Shown: positions 24,198-35,426, numbered from the stretch's first letter. The stretch is DNA of 64,000 nucleotides from an uncultured Rivularia sp. (GCA_963665115.1 OY762007.1:4928001-4992000), one strand, 5' to 3'. The notes: generated by a model not told the origin, from the sequence alone. Made by a program: numbers and translations.

Positions 24198-26516
24198 TTA
24201 AACCAATTTGACTTTCATCGTCATACTGTTGTCGTTGCCCGAATTAGCATCTGTCAAATCCCCGAAATCGAATTTAAACAGGCTGGTATTCCCACTACCC
24301 ACTTCGACAATACTATTGGAATCATTACTGTTAGCAGCACCGAAGGATAATAATGCTTCAGCTTCACCGTTTTCAAAGTCTTGAATACTCCCGTCTTGGA
24401 TTAAATAGGGAGCCAGCAGACTTTGCGAAGGTAAATCCACGTCGAATTTTTCTCTACGGGAATCGTCTTTGAGTTGAAAATCTGCCACACTATTAGAAAT
24501 TGCTGTTTTGAGATAATCCTCTCCATCTTCTGGCGTGAGGGTTTCACCCGTTACTTTATCTACAACTGTCCCTTTCTGATCTTTAATGGCATAAAAACCA
24601 ACTGTGTTATCAAATGATGATTTTTCGGTAACGGTAATTTTGGCTTTTCCGTCGTCATCTTGCAAATCTAATAATCCGTCGCTAAGCAGATTATCTTTAC
24701 TTAAGGGGTTATTTTCGGAAACTTTCAAGAAGACGTTTTCTTGAAGTCGATCAATTTCAGTGTTTGACTTGATGATGTCGGCATAAGTCGTCTCTTTTAT
24801 CTCCTTTATTTCCTTCCCAGTAAATATTCCACCATCTTTTCTCTTATTTTCAAACCAAAATCTATCGGCATCTCGCAACCGCTCAAATTGCTCTCCGACT
24901 ATGGCTTTGGTTGTTTCCCCGGCTCCGGAAGGTGCTACAGCATCTTCGGCAAATAACCCTATCAATAAATCAACGTCTTCTACAGTGCCGTACAAATCTT
25001 TCAAAGTTTTGGCTAAATCCTTATCGGAAGTTAACTCATCAAAACTTTTCACCCTTTCCAAGCCAAAATCATCACGTACTTGATTGTAATCGGCTAATCC
25101 TCGTTCCCTTCCCCGTTGAATATTTGCCGAATACAAATCAAATCCGACACCAGCAGGGGGAAATAAAGCGTTGCGTAAATCAAAGACTACATTAGTATCG
25201 ACATCTTCATCCAGAGTTACCGTGCTACCGCGCAATATTTCATCAACATCCTTACCCTCAGTAATATTCGGCGCTCCGAATGTGGTTAACAGCGGTAAAG
25301 TTGTCGCATTCCCCTCACTATCAACAGTCTCTATCTTGTTACCAGTTTGAGAGTGTCCAAAACGAAAACCGGCGGCGTTAAATTCGTCGGATATTTGGGG
25401 AGTTTCTTTAGCATCGTAACCCTTATATTTATCTATATCCCCTATCTGCTGTGGCAACCATTCATATGTAACCACCTGTTGATATTGAGCGATATTAATC
25501 TGCCGCGCTCTTTCAAATATCTGTTTATCATCCCATTTAGGATGAAATGCAGTTAAATCCTCGGCAATACGATTATGATTTCTCACCCATAAAGTATGTT
25601 GAGCAGCTAAAGCATCTTGCTCGCTAACTCTTTCGTCTCCAGCTAAAAATCCAACACCCTGAAAAAATCCTCCTCTCATTACCTGCTCGGTATCCGCTGG
25701 CATTAAATCATCGCTGGTAGATTCAGTCTCTTCAGAAAAAACTTTTAGCCTACCTCCTTTATTACTACGAAGAGATTTGGCTAATTCCTTATCGGAGCCG
25801 TAAACAACAGATAAATCCAGCCAGTGAGTTAAATCGTTAGGTACTTTTCCCGGTTTAGATTTACCATCTTTAACAACTCCAGTTCCCGATTTAAAAGCAT
25901 TTCTGGGAAACTCAAACTCTAATCCACCATCTTTCTGTCTGTTGATTGTCGGAGTTGGAGGAATATCCGGTGTAAAGTTGGCATCATTTTGAGGAATATC
26001 GATATTAAAACTATCCTCAGATAACCGAGCCAAATTCAAATCGTGGTTAATTAACTGCCCAAAAGACCAATTTATTGCAGTTAAACCTTTGGAGCTAGGA
26101 TCGGTTTCACCCTTATCTAATTTAGACGTTGCATTACTGATTACCCTGGCACTAGGGCGGTCTAAAGGATCGAGTAATACAAAGGGTGCATGAGCATTAT
26201 TACTTAAACCATCCTTATTTTTAACAACCTCCAAACCCGATTTTTTCAAGCTTTTTCTTTCCGCTTTACTAAAAATCGGAATCGGTTGACGACTTACAGC
26301 TTCACCATCAACACCAATTAAAGGATTACCTTCAGCATCCTTTGCAACCCCCGCAGGAGAAGCAACTCCATCCTCATACTCATAAGTACCAAGACGAATA
26401 AAAGGTGTACCATTAGCCCCCAATCGAGGCTTCTCTAAATTGTTCCCGGAACCATTAATCTTGCGAATCGAATCTAGCCTTTTGCCTTTATAGGGATTTC
26501 TGTCAAGAATTGACAT
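24198..26516 (-). CDS. Heme peroxidase of the peroxidase-cyclooxygenase (animal-type) superfamily with acidic C-terminal DUF4114-like region
   Basis: NGSGNN, FGQLINHD, WLDLSVVYG, AGDERVSE, FRFGHS, NIQRGRERG, QFERLRDADRFWFE. Confidence 0.87.
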   Translation of the reverse strand: MSILDRNPYKGKRLDSIRKINGSGNNLEKPRLGANGTPFIRLGTYEYEDGVASPAGVAKDAEGNPLIGVDGEAVSRQPIPIFSKAERKSLKKSGLEVVKNKDGLSNNAHAPFVLLDPLDRPSARVISNATSKLDKGETDPSSKGLTAINWSFGQLINHDLNLARLSEDSFNIDIPQNDANFTPDIPPTPTINRQKDGGLEFEFPRNAFKSGTGVVKDGKSKPGKVPNDLTHWLDLSVVYGSDKELAKSLRSNKGGRLKVFSEETESTSDDLMPADTEQVMRGGFFQGVGFLAGDERVSEQDALAAQHTLWVRNHNRIAEDLTAFHPKWDDKQIFERARQINIAQYQQVVTYEWLPQQIGDIDKYKGYDAKETPQISDEFNAAGFRFGHSQTGNKIETVDSEGNATTLPLLTTFGAPNITEGKDVDEILRGSTVTLDEDVDTNVVFDLRNALFPPAGVGFDLYSANIQRGRERGLADYNQVRDDFGLERVKSFDELTSDKDLAKTLKDLYGTVEDVDLLIGLFAEDAVAPSGAGETTKAIVGEQFERLRDADRFWFENKRKDGGIFTGKEIKEIKETTYADIIKSNTEIDRLQENVFLKVSENNPLSKDNLLSDGLLDLQDDDGKAKITVTEKSSFDNTVGFYAIKDQKGTVVDKVTGETLTPEDGEDYLKTAISNSVADFQLKDDSRREKFDVDLPSQSLLAPYLIQDGSIQDFENGEAEALLSFGAANSNDSNSIVEVGSGNTSLFKFDFGDLTDANSGNDNSMTMKVKLV

Positions 26517-26999
26517 ATTGCCACACTTTTGTAACTTTATATACAAATTGTAAAAAACTTTTTTCTCAATTGGTGTATCTGGAAATACTTGAAAATCAAA
26601 TTATCATGGATATGGGCACCATAAAGATCGCTTATTGTTCCCGAACTTGATAAAATTTTAGAAAAGGTTAATACCCATAAAACCCGAATATTACAGGAGT
26701 TTCGAGTGATATCATGTTGACTCCGGCAATTATTAATTTTAAGGAAGTGCAATAATCTCAAACCCTTGCAATAGCGCTCTTACACCCAAAATCGCACTTT
26801 ATACATAATCTATTTCATCTCACACTGCCGTAAAATTTAAACTTCTCGTAGATTTATTTGAAATATTCGATCGAATACTTCACGTTAAACAACAGCCGTC
26901 TTCCTCCCAATTGCAGATATAGCCAAGCCCTGTGGAGTGCAAACATCAATTAAAAAATACTGCCAAATTTTGATGAAAAATTAATATAATGCATTTACT

Positions 27000-28880
27000 A
27001 TGAGCATCTCCAAACCTCTAAAAAAATCTTATAAGCAAAACCGTCTTCGTAAAAACGATTGGCGATTATTTTTGCGTTTAGTTCCCTACGCTCGCAGTTA
27101 TAAAAAGCTTCTAGCGATTTCACTGTTATTGTTAGTACCAGTGGCAATAGCAAATGCCATACAGCCGCTAATAATCGGACAGGTAATTTCTCTCGTTCGT
27201 AAAGAACCCAGCACCTACGAATTTATCAGCAATAATCCCCAACAAGGATTGTTAATGCTGCAAATAGTTTTATTAATTACCGTTGTTATTAAGCTTTTAT
27301 TAACAGGCTTTCAAGGATATTTAGTTCAAAAAGTCGGACAGAAAATTACTGCCGATATTCGCAAAGACTTATTTCATCACGTTACTTCCTTAGCAGTACG
27401 CTTCTTTGATAAAACTCCCGTAGGTAAACTGATTACCAGATTGACATCCGACGTAGAAGTTTTAGGAGATGTATTTGCAACTGGTGCCGTAGGTATATTT
27501 GCAGATATTTTCTCCACTTTGGTAATTATTGGCTTTATGTTTTATACCCAATGGCAACTAGCATTAATGCTGCTGCTATTGCTTTTCCCCGTATCCGCTT
27601 TAATTACCTTCTTTCAACAGCAGTTTCGTAAAGCGAATTATAAAGCTAGAGAAGAACTTTCCATACTCAATTCCCAGCTACAGGAAAATATTACCGGAAT
27701 CAACGTAGTACAGCTATTTCGTCGAGAAAGATTCAACGCTCAATTATTTGAGAAAACCAATAACCTTTACGTAAAAGAAGTAGATACAACAATCTTCCAC
27801 GATTCCGCAGTTTCAGCTACTTTAGAATGGATTGCCTTAGTGGCGATCGCCGGAGTATTGTGGGTTGGTGGCTGGTTAATTTTAGGAGAGCAGTTAACAG
27901 TTGGGATATTAGCGAGTTTCATCCTTTACGCTCAACGATTGTTCGATCCTTTACGACAATTCGCCGAAAAATTTACCATCATTCAAGCAGGTTTTACAGC
28001 CATCGAACGAGTTTCCGATATTTTAGATGAGCCTATCGAAATAAGCGATAAAGTAAATCCCAGATATTCGCTGACAAATAACTTTGAGTTCGGATATATC
28101 GACGAAATAGTAGAAAACTTAGAAACCAACAATAAAATAGATCAATCAAAACTAGGAGAAATCCGTTTTGAAGAAGTTTGGTTTGCTTATAAAGACGATG
28201 ATTACGTCATCAAGAATTTGGATTTTACCATCAATCCCGGAGAAAAAATTGCTTTAGTAGGTCCCACCGGAGCCGGGAAAAGTACAATAATTCGTTTATT
28301 ATGTCGTCTTTACGAACCCAGCAAAGGACGTATTTTAGTAGACGGTATAGATATTAAAGAAATACCCCAAGCCGAATTAAGAAGATATTTAGCCGTAATC
28401 TTACAAGAAGGATTTTTATTTGCTGGTGATGTCAAAAGTAATATTACATTAGGCGACAACTACACCTTTGAAGAAATACAACAAGCAGCGCGCGCGACAA
28501 ACGTAGAAGAATTTATCGAACGATTACCCCAAGGTTATAACTCCGAACTTCGTGAAAGAGGAACCAACATTTCCAGCGGTGAAAAACAGCTTTTAGCCTT
28601 CGCGCGTGCCGCAATTCGTAATCCACAAATACTAGTATTAGACGAGGCAACAGCTAACTTAGATGTAGCCACAGAAGCCTTAATTCAAAAAGCCTTAAAC
28701 GAGCTTTTGCAAAAACGTACAGCAATTATAATCGCTCACCGATTATCTACAATTCGCAACGTCAACCGCATTTTCGTACTCAAACGCGGTGAATTAATCG
28801 AGCAAGGTACCCACGAAGAATTAATTGAACAAGGTGGATTATACGCAACATTACACAACTTACAAATGCTCAATCAGTAA
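27000..28880 (+). CDS. ABC transporter, fused permease/ATPase (MdlB-like)
   Basis: TM domain plus GPTGAGKS, ISSGEKQ, LVLDEAT, IAHRLST. Confidence 0.93.
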   Translation: MSISKPLKKSYKQNRLRKNDWRLFLRLVPYARSYKKLLAISLLLLVPVAIANAIQPLIIGQVISLVRKEPSTYEFISNNPQQGLLMLQIVLLITVVIKLLLTGFQGYLVQKVGQKITADIRKDLFHHVTSLAVRFFDKTPVGKLITRLTSDVEVLGDVFATGAVGIFADIFSTLVIIGFMFYTQWQLALMLLLLLFPVSALITFFQQQFRKANYKAREELSILNSQLQENITGINVVQLFRRERFNAQLFEKTNNLYVKEVDTTIFHDSAVSATLEWIALVAIAGVLWVGGWLILGEQLTVGILASFILYAQRLFDPLRQFAEKFTIIQAGFTAIERVSDILDEPIEISDKVNPRYSLTNNFEFGYIDEIVENLETNNKIDQSKLGEIRFEEVWFAYKDDDYVIKNLDFTINPGEKIALVGPTGAGKSTIIRLLCRLYEPSKGRILVDGIDIKEIPQAELRRYLAVILQEGFLFAGDVKSNITLGDNYTFEEIQQAARATNVEEFIERLPQGYNSELRERGTNISSGEKQLLAFARAAIRNPQILVLDEATANLDVATEALIQKALNELLQKRTAIIIAHRLSTIRNVNRIFVLKRGELIEQGTHEELIEQGGLYATLHNLQMLNQ

Positions 28881-28972
28881 TTGATAATTGGTAATTGGTA
28901 ATTGGTAATTGGTAATTGGTAATTGGTAGTTGATAATTGATAATTGGTAATTGGTAATTGATAATTGGTAGT
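28878..28972. repeat. (TTGGTAA)n STRR array
   Basis: About 13 tandem TTGRTAR units. Confidence 0.85.
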
Positions 28973-29001
28973 TGACTATAGATGAATATTAGTAAAAAAG
29001 C

Positions 29002-29035
29002 AAAAACCCGGCTTCTTTCGGAAGCCAGGAATTTT
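29002..29035. terminator. Probable bidirectional intrinsic terminator
   Basis: GGCTTC-tttcg-GAAGCC stem with A/T-rich flanks between convergent genes. Confidence 0.6.
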
Positions 29036-29101
29036 AATTAGATTAATTTTGTAATGTATCTATTTTTGCCTCTTCTTTCAAGGGAAAAACAGAATTACGA
29101 A

Positions 29102-29635
29102 TTATTTTTTAATGGGAGCCTTAACTTTACTAGCCATATCTAAAAATGAATTCATATTCGCACCAGGGCGACGGCGCATTCCATCATTTTTAGGTATCAG
29201 ATATTTAGGTGCAAAAAGAGTTTCCTTATTATCTTCGGGTTTATCTGTGGTTACAGCTTTCTTAGCAGCTTTCTTTTTCTCTTCTTTCTTCTCTACAGGA
29301 ACAGCTTTAGCTTCTACACCTTTAGCCGTTTGCACCATCTCGACATCAATTTCTTGAACTTTCTCGGATGCAACTTCCTTTACCTTATTATCCTTATCCT
29401 TTACCTTGACAGTATCTTCTGACTTCAGCTTAGTATCTGCTTGAGCTTTAGCATCTACTGGCTTATTTTCATTAGCTGGCTTGTTTTCATTAACTGCTGG
29501 TTTTTTGCCATTATTAGATGCTTCAACCGGCTTAGAATCAGCCTTTGGCATTGGCTCATCTGGCTCATCTTTTAATTGTAAAAAGAACCCACCATCTTTC
29601 TTGCTTCCGCCGAAAAGTCCAGATATAAATTTCAT
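29102..29635 (-). CDS. Charged low-complexity hypothetical protein
   Basis: 177-aa ORF with GAGG RBS; C-terminal RRRPGANMNSFLDMA. Confidence 0.7.
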   Translation of the reverse strand: MKFISGLFGGSKKDGGFFLQLKDEPDEPMPKADSKPVEASNNGKKPAVNENKPANENKPVDAKAQADTKLKSEDTVKVKDKDNKVKEVASEKVQEIDVEMVQTAKGVEAKAVPVEKKEEKKKAAKKAVTTDKPEDNKETLFAPKYLIPKNDGMRRRPGANMNSFLDMASKVKAPIKK

Positions 29636-30127
29636 AATTCCCTCAAATTAAGGTTTTGATAAAACGAAACGTGATTATTTCTTTTGTCTTTTATACCCGA
29701 ATTTTGACACAATTAATTAATAATTATGTATATTCGTAAATCATTATCAAAAATACTTAGTATCTATTACCCAACTACTTTCTAAAGATTTTAGTATCTT
29801 TGGATAGTCTAAGTAACATTTTTGTGTTAATACCACTGCTTGCAAACGCTAAATGTCTTATACTTCAAGCGATTGGAGGCAATCTACACTTGATCTCAAT
29901 TATTAAATTTTCTTGTAACTTAGAGCAAGAGTGTGAAAGATGATTTAACAAAACGTTACAGTGAACAGTTAGTAGTGAACAGTTACCAGTTACCAGTGAA
30001 CAGGAGTGGGGGAGGTGGGGAGATGGGGAGAAATATTAACTCCTAACTGATAACTGCTGACTGATGACTGGTAACTGCTCTCTGATTTCGTTACATTTAA
30101 TAGACTAAAGTAAATTCTATGTATTAA

Positions 30128-30742
30128 ATGAATCAACAGCGCAATCCGGTATTGTTAGTTCATGGAATTTGGGATACTGCTAAAGTATTTCGCAGAATGA
30201 TTCCTTTTCTCAACGAACGCGGTTTGAAGGTTTACGACTTAGATTTAGCACCTAATAACGGTACCAAGGGTTTGGATGATTTGGCTCAACAGGTGGCACA
30301 TAAAGTTGAATCTACCTTTGGAGCAGAACAGCCTTTTGATTTGCTTGGTTTCAGTATGGGGGGAATTGTAAGTCGTTATTATGTCCAGCGTTTAGGTGGA
30401 ATCAACAAAATACAAAGATTTATTACGCTTTCAGCACCAAGCCACGGTACTGTGATTGCTTACTTTAATCAAGGGTTGGGTTGCGTGCAGATGCGGCCGA
30501 ATAGTAGTTTACTAAAAGATTTAAACAGCGATGCTCAGATGCTGTCGCAAATTAATTTTACTTCGATTTGGACACCTTACGACATGATGATTGTCCCCGC
30601 AGATAGTTCTAAAATGCCTGTAGGAGATAACGTTGTGGTGTCGGTGATGAATCATGCTTGGATGCTTACCGATGAAAAAAGTTTGAGCGCGATCGCAACC
30701 GCATTATCGGCTCCAATTAAGTCCTGTCGCCAATCTGTGTAA
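30128..30742 (+). CDS. Lipase/esterase (alpha/beta hydrolase, class 2-like)
   Basis: VLLVHG, GFSMGG nucleophile elbow, D and H of the triad (YDMM, NHAW). Confidence 0.88.
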   Translation: MNQQRNPVLLVHGIWDTAKVFRRMIPFLNERGLKVYDLDLAPNNGTKGLDDLAQQVAHKVESTFGAEQPFDLLGFSMGGIVSRYYVQRLGGINKIQRFITLSAPSHGTVIAYFNQGLGCVQMRPNSSLLKDLNSDAQMLSQINFTSIWTPYDMMIVPADSSKMPVGDNVVVSVMNHAWMLTDEKSLSAIATALSAPIKSCRQSV

Positions 30743-31148
30743 ATTCGGCATTACCAAAAATGGCTTCCGGATGGCGGTAAAACTTATACTCCATCAAGTT
30801 GTAAAATGGGTCTTCGAGAAAAAAGGTACGATGTTCGAGGGGAGTATTGATAAAACGGTTTTTAGCTGATTCTCGAAAAGGTAAATTGCGTTTTTGCGCT
30901 CTTGCGAGTAAATCTTCCCAATCAGCTTCTTGAGTAAAAACCAAACCGAAATGTCTGGGATAAATACCGCGTTGAGGTGAAATCGGTTCCTTCGTAACGT
31001 GAGCAACTAACTGATGCCCGTAAAGATTGAGAATTAAAGCATTGCGATTTTCTCTACCGGAGGTGCATCCCAAACCATCGACATAATATGCTTTGGTTTG
31101 AGCAATATCAGTTACAGGGAATGCTATGTGGAAGATGACTTTGGACAT
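30717..31148 (-). CDS. VOC/glyoxalase family protein
   Basis: FHIAFPV, GHQLVAH, PRHFG, FFLEDPFYNLMEYK; start moved to MSK because the upstream extension is STRR. Confidence 0.85.
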   Translation of the reverse strand: MSKVIFHIAFPVTDIAQTKAYYVDGLGCTSGRENRNALILNLYGHQLVAHVTKEPISPQRGIYPRHFGLVFTQEADWEDLLARAQKRNLPFRESAKNRFINTPLEHRTFFLEDPFYNLMEYKFYRHPEAIFGNAEFTQIGDRT

Positions 31149-31368
31149 AGGGAATTGGGCATGGGGCATTGGGCATGGGGTATGGGGTATGGGGCATGGG
31201 TAATTGGTAATTGGTAATTGGTAATTGGTAATTGGATTTTTCTCCCACTCTACCCCCTCTCCCCCTCTAAAACTAACAGTATCAGAAATCGTATAACAAC
31301 CACCTATTAACCATTAACTAATAGCCGTATTATTTGATAATTGTTAATTGATAATTGTTAATTGAAAT

Positions 31369-32430
31369 ATGTTTGGAAACCATTTAATTGTCGGCGTTTT
31401 GGGTACTGAATTAACTGATGAAGATAAAAGAATTTTAAGTACAATCAAACCTATAGGAGTTTGCTTTTTTGCTAAGAATTTCCGCGATGGCGAACCTTAT
31501 GAATCGTGGTTGCAAACTTTCAAAAAACTTAGCGAAGAAATACGAGAATATACTGAACGCGAATCAATGTTTATCTCCATCGATCATGAAGGAGGAAGGG
31601 TAATTCGTCCACCTTTACCAATCACGCGATTTCCCTATAGTTATGTGTGTCGCAAACGAGCGCGGGAAGTGGCTGCGGCGATGGCAACTGAGTTAAAATC
31701 CTTGGGAATTAATGTATCTTGGGCACCAGTTGCGGATATATTTTCTAACCCCAACAATCCCATTATCGGGCCGCGCTCCTTCGATACAACACCAGAAACA
31801 GCCGCTGAATATGCTCGCGAATACTTCCTCGGATTAAAAGAATCGGGAATTATCGCTTGTGCCAAACATTTCCCCGGACACGGAGATACCAACACCGATT
31901 CACACTTAGCTTTACCGATACTAAATTTAACTAAAGAAGCAATAGAAAAGCGAGAATTAATACCTTTCAGAACCTTAATTGCCGAGAAAATTCCCTTAAT
32001 TATGACCGCTCATATCCTCTTCCCTGAAATCGGAGGAGATAAACCAGCAACATTTTCCCAACCAATTTTGAGCCAGATATTAAGAAAAGAACTTGGTTTT
32101 GAAGGAGTTGTGGTATCCGATGACTTAGATATGAAAGCCGTCGCGGATATGTATAGTAAAAGCGGTACCGTAGCAAATACATTAAATGCAGGCTGCGATG
32201 TATTTTTGATGTGCGGTAACTTGCCTTCATCATCCACCGAACGAATTGAATTTATTGCCGAAGATTTCGCGAAGTCGTTAGAAAACGGTAGCCTTAATGA
32301 ATCAGTTGTAGCAGCAGCAAATGGGAGAATTGAAAAGCTATTGAGCCAAACACCGCAATATTCTGTGGAAAAGCTTGAAAAAGATACTTTATTGCAACAC
32401 GCAGAATTGGCTATTAATTGTAGTTTTTAG
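31369..32430 (+). CDS. nagZ: GH3 beta-N-acetylhexosaminidase
   Basis: IDHEGGRV, APVAD, KHFPGHGDTNTDSH, MTAH, SDDL.M. Confidence 0.88.
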   Translation: MFGNHLIVGVLGTELTDEDKRILSTIKPIGVCFFAKNFRDGEPYESWLQTFKKLSEEIREYTERESMFISIDHEGGRVIRPPLPITRFPYSYVCRKRAREVAAAMATELKSLGINVSWAPVADIFSNPNNPIIGPRSFDTTPETAAEYAREYFLGLKESGIIACAKHFPGHGDTNTDSHLALPILNLTKEAIEKRELIPFRTLIAEKIPLIMTAHILFPEIGGDKPATFSQPILSQILRKELGFEGVVVSDDLDMKAVADMYSKSGTVANTLNAGCDVFLMCGNLPSSSTERIEFIAEDFAKSLENGSLNESVVAAANGRIEKLLSQTPQYSVEKLEKDTLLQHAELAINCSF

Positions 32431-32810
32431 CCGTGTAGAGACGTAGCATTGCTACGTCTCCAACAATGCGAACAGAAATAAATAATCTGTTTTGATATTC
32501 CCAATGCCCCATCCCCAATGCCCAATTCCCTATTTCCTAAAATTTACCATTATCCAAGCATCCTCTCAGCAAAAACTCATTTAACTTGATATAAATCATA
32601 TTTAAATAAATATATAAAGATTAAATCTGCTATCAGATTTTTGTCAGCCTTGTAGAATCAACAGTGGGGTGGGTTTTACCTACCACCGCTTTTTTCAATT
32701 TAATTTCAGCGAGTATACGTCCAACGTAGAGTTATTAATATTACTATTTCTATAACGAAACCTTTAAACCAAATTTTTCTTTCAATCGTAAATCTAAAAT
32801 CCAAAATCGA

Positions 32811-33779
32811 ATGACTTATTTAGAAACAGCAGCCAAATTTTATAGCGACGTAGCCCAAACTCCCGAGATTGGGCTTTGTTGCGTGCAGAGTACTCCTATG
32901 CAGTTACCGGGGTTACATATTCCTCTAAAGATGCAGGAGATGAATTACGGTTGCGGTACTACAGTTCACGCTAACGAACTTAGTAACGAACCTACAGTAT
33001 TGTATGTAGGCGTTGGTGGTGGACTAGAAGCTTTGCAGTTTGCTTACTTTTCTCGTCGTGCTGGTGCTGTAATCGCAGTAGATCCAGTTGCAGATATGCG
33101 TCAAGCTGCTTCATATAATTTAGAAGTAGCAGTTAAAGATAATCCTTGGTTTGATACTAGCTTTGTAGAAGTTCGCGAAGGCGATGCTTTCAACATACCA
33201 GTTGCTGATAGTTCGGTTGATATTGTTGCTCAAAACTGTCTTTTTAATATCTTTGAACCCGAAGATTTAACTCGTGCTTTAAAAGAAGCATATCGCGTCT
33301 TAAAACCCGGCGGACGCTTGCAAATGAGCGACCCCATTGCAACTCGTTCGGTACCGGAACATTTAAAGAAAGATGAGCGATTGAGAGCAATGTGTTTATC
33401 AGGTGCGTTAACTTATGACGAGTACGTTCAACGTATTATAAATGTTGGTTTTGGACAAGTTGAAATACGCGCTCGTCGTCCTTATCGTTTACTGGAAGCT
33501 ACTACTTATAACTTAGAAGATAATCTACTTTTAGAAAGTCTTGATTCAATAGCTTTCAAAGTACCGATTCCAGAAGATGGAGCTTGTGTTTTTACTGGTA
33601 AAACAGCAATTTATGCAGGTTCAGAGCCATTTTTTGATGACAACCAAGGTCACATATTACAGCGAGGAATTCCAGCCGCTGTATGCGACAAAACTGCAAC
33701 AAACTTAGCTGCTGCTTTACCAGAAAAAGTAATTGTCACGGATTCAACTTGGTATTACGACGGCGGCGGATGCTGTTAA
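32811..33779 (+). CDS. arsM: Arsenite methyltransferase-like SAM-dependent methyltransferase (arsenosugar pathway type)
   Basis: LCC, NYGCG, VGVGGG, QNCLFN, LKPGG, AMCLSGA, C-terminal GGGCC; adjacent to arsS-like gene. Confidence 0.75.
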   Translation: MTYLETAAKFYSDVAQTPEIGLCCVQSTPMQLPGLHIPLKMQEMNYGCGTTVHANELSNEPTVLYVGVGGGLEALQFAYFSRRAGAVIAVDPVADMRQAASYNLEVAVKDNPWFDTSFVEVREGDAFNIPVADSSVDIVAQNCLFNIFEPEDLTRALKEAYRVLKPGGRLQMSDPIATRSVPEHLKKDERLRAMCLSGALTYDEYVQRIINVGFGQVEIRARRPYRLLEATTYNLEDNLLLESLDSIAFKVPIPEDGACVFTGKTAIYAGSEPFFDDNQGHILQRGIPAAVCDKTATNLAAALPEKVIVTDSTWYYDGGGCC

Positions 33780-33990
33780 TATTTGGGCATGGGGCATAGG
33801 GGATAGGACATTGGTAATAGAGAATAGTTACAAGTTAGAAATTAATATGTAGTAGTGTAGTGGGAGCATCTTGCTCTCTTCTTATCTCTATAAAAAAAAT
33901 TATTTTCATAAACTAAAAAAATAGCCAATTACCAATTACCCATCCCCAATTTACAATGCCCAATGCCCTATCCCCAATTCCCAAATTATT

Positions 33991-34977
33991 ATGATTCAAA
34001 CAACAGTAACACCCTTTAATCGTAAACTTAATTCGACCTTAACAAAGAAAGAAATCAACGTTTTGCAAATTAATTTGGGAAAGCGTTGTAATCTTGCTTG
34101 CAGTCACTGTCATGTGGATGCGGGACCAAAAAGAACTGAAGAATTATCTATAGAAATTTGCGAGCAGTTAATTGAAGTAATCGAACGATTTCCTGAAGTT
34201 AAAATTGTAGACTTAACTGGTGGCGCTCCGGAAATGAACTATGGTTTTAAATCACTTGTTGAAGCTGCAAGGAAGAATAATAAACAGGTAATTGTTCGCT
34301 CTAATTTAACTATTTATTTTGTAGATGGATTTGGCGATATTCCAGAATATTTTGCCAAGCATAAAGTCAGAGTTGTTGCTTCTTTACCCTGTTATTTAGC
34401 TGATAATGTTGACAAAATGCGCGGCGATGGTGTTTTTGATGCTTCGGTGAAAGCGCTGCAATGGTTAAATCAATTAGGCTATGGCTCAGAATCGGATTTA
34501 ATATTGGATTTGGTTTATAATCCACAATTACCTACAAACGAAAAATTTGCTTTAACTCCCAATCAAGTTAAGTTAGAGCAGGATTACAAAAAGTTTTTGC
34601 AAGATAACTTTGGTATTGTATTTAATAACTTATTTGCGATTACTAATTTACCTGTCGGTAGAACTAAGTTTCATTTAGAAAGAACTAAACTGTATAAGCC
34701 TTACTTAGAATTCCTCGAATCGAATTTTAATCCCACCACTGTGGAAAACCTAATGTGTCGCGATGAATTATCAATTGATTATCTTGGTAACGTATACGAT
34801 TGCGACTTTAATCAAATGATGAATATACCCGCGAAAACTCGTAATGGTGGAAATATTACAGTCGCAAAGTTGCTTGAAGCTGGTAATTTAAATTTAATTC
34901 ACGAAGTGCAGACTGCTAGCTATTGTTACGGTTGTACTGCTGGTAGCGGCTCCAGTTGTGGTGGTGCTTTGTTGTGA
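33991..34977 (+). CDS. arsS: Radical SAM protein of the ArsS/DUF3641 type
   Basis: CNLACSHC, LTGGAPE, ASLPCY, YDCDFNQM, CYGCTAGSGSSCGGAL. Confidence 0.82.
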   Translation: MIQTTVTPFNRKLNSTLTKKEINVLQINLGKRCNLACSHCHVDAGPKRTEELSIEICEQLIEVIERFPEVKIVDLTGGAPEMNYGFKSLVEAARKNNKQVIVRSNLTIYFVDGFGDIPEYFAKHKVRVVASLPCYLADNVDKMRGDGVFDASVKALQWLNQLGYGSESDLILDLVYNPQLPTNEKFALTPNQVKLEQDYKKFLQDNFGIVFNNLFAITNLPVGRTKFHLERTKLYKPYLEFLESNFNPTTVENLMCRDELSIDYLGNVYDCDFNQMMNIPAKTRNGGNITVAKLLEAGNLNLIHEVQTASYCYGCTAGSGSSCGGALL

Positions 34978-35183
34978 ATTGAGGGAAGAGCGAACAAGAA
35001 AGATTAGCTATTACAACTAGGGAGCGAGACGCTCCCGCTACAAATGTATTGGTGTACTAGGTAACAAATACATGAATTTTAAACAAAATCATCTCGTTAC
35101 CAAAATTGTTACCAGCGAACTATTATTGTTTAAAAATTATACAATAGCTATCAAATAAGCAAGTCTCCTTACACCATATTAAA

Positions 35184-35224
35184 AACCGTGGACCTCCCTG
35201 AAATATCCCACGGTTTCTTTTTTT
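35184..35224 (+). terminator. Intrinsic terminator candidate
   Basis: AACCGTGG..CCACGGTT stem followed by a T tract. Confidence 0.55.
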
Positions 35225-35426
35225 ATTTATAAGTAGTTAATATTACAATATATTGAATAAGTAATTGCAATAGATGATTGTCTAATAAAAAGTCTTGTTT
35301 CAAAAATTGATACGTCAGCATTTGACCAGCTATTTGCTGGTTATAATAATTTTAACGTTAAGCTCCTCACATTACATTCAAAAGCCGTGAAACTTAGCGT
35401 TTCGCGGTTTTTTATTTGTTTTACTG

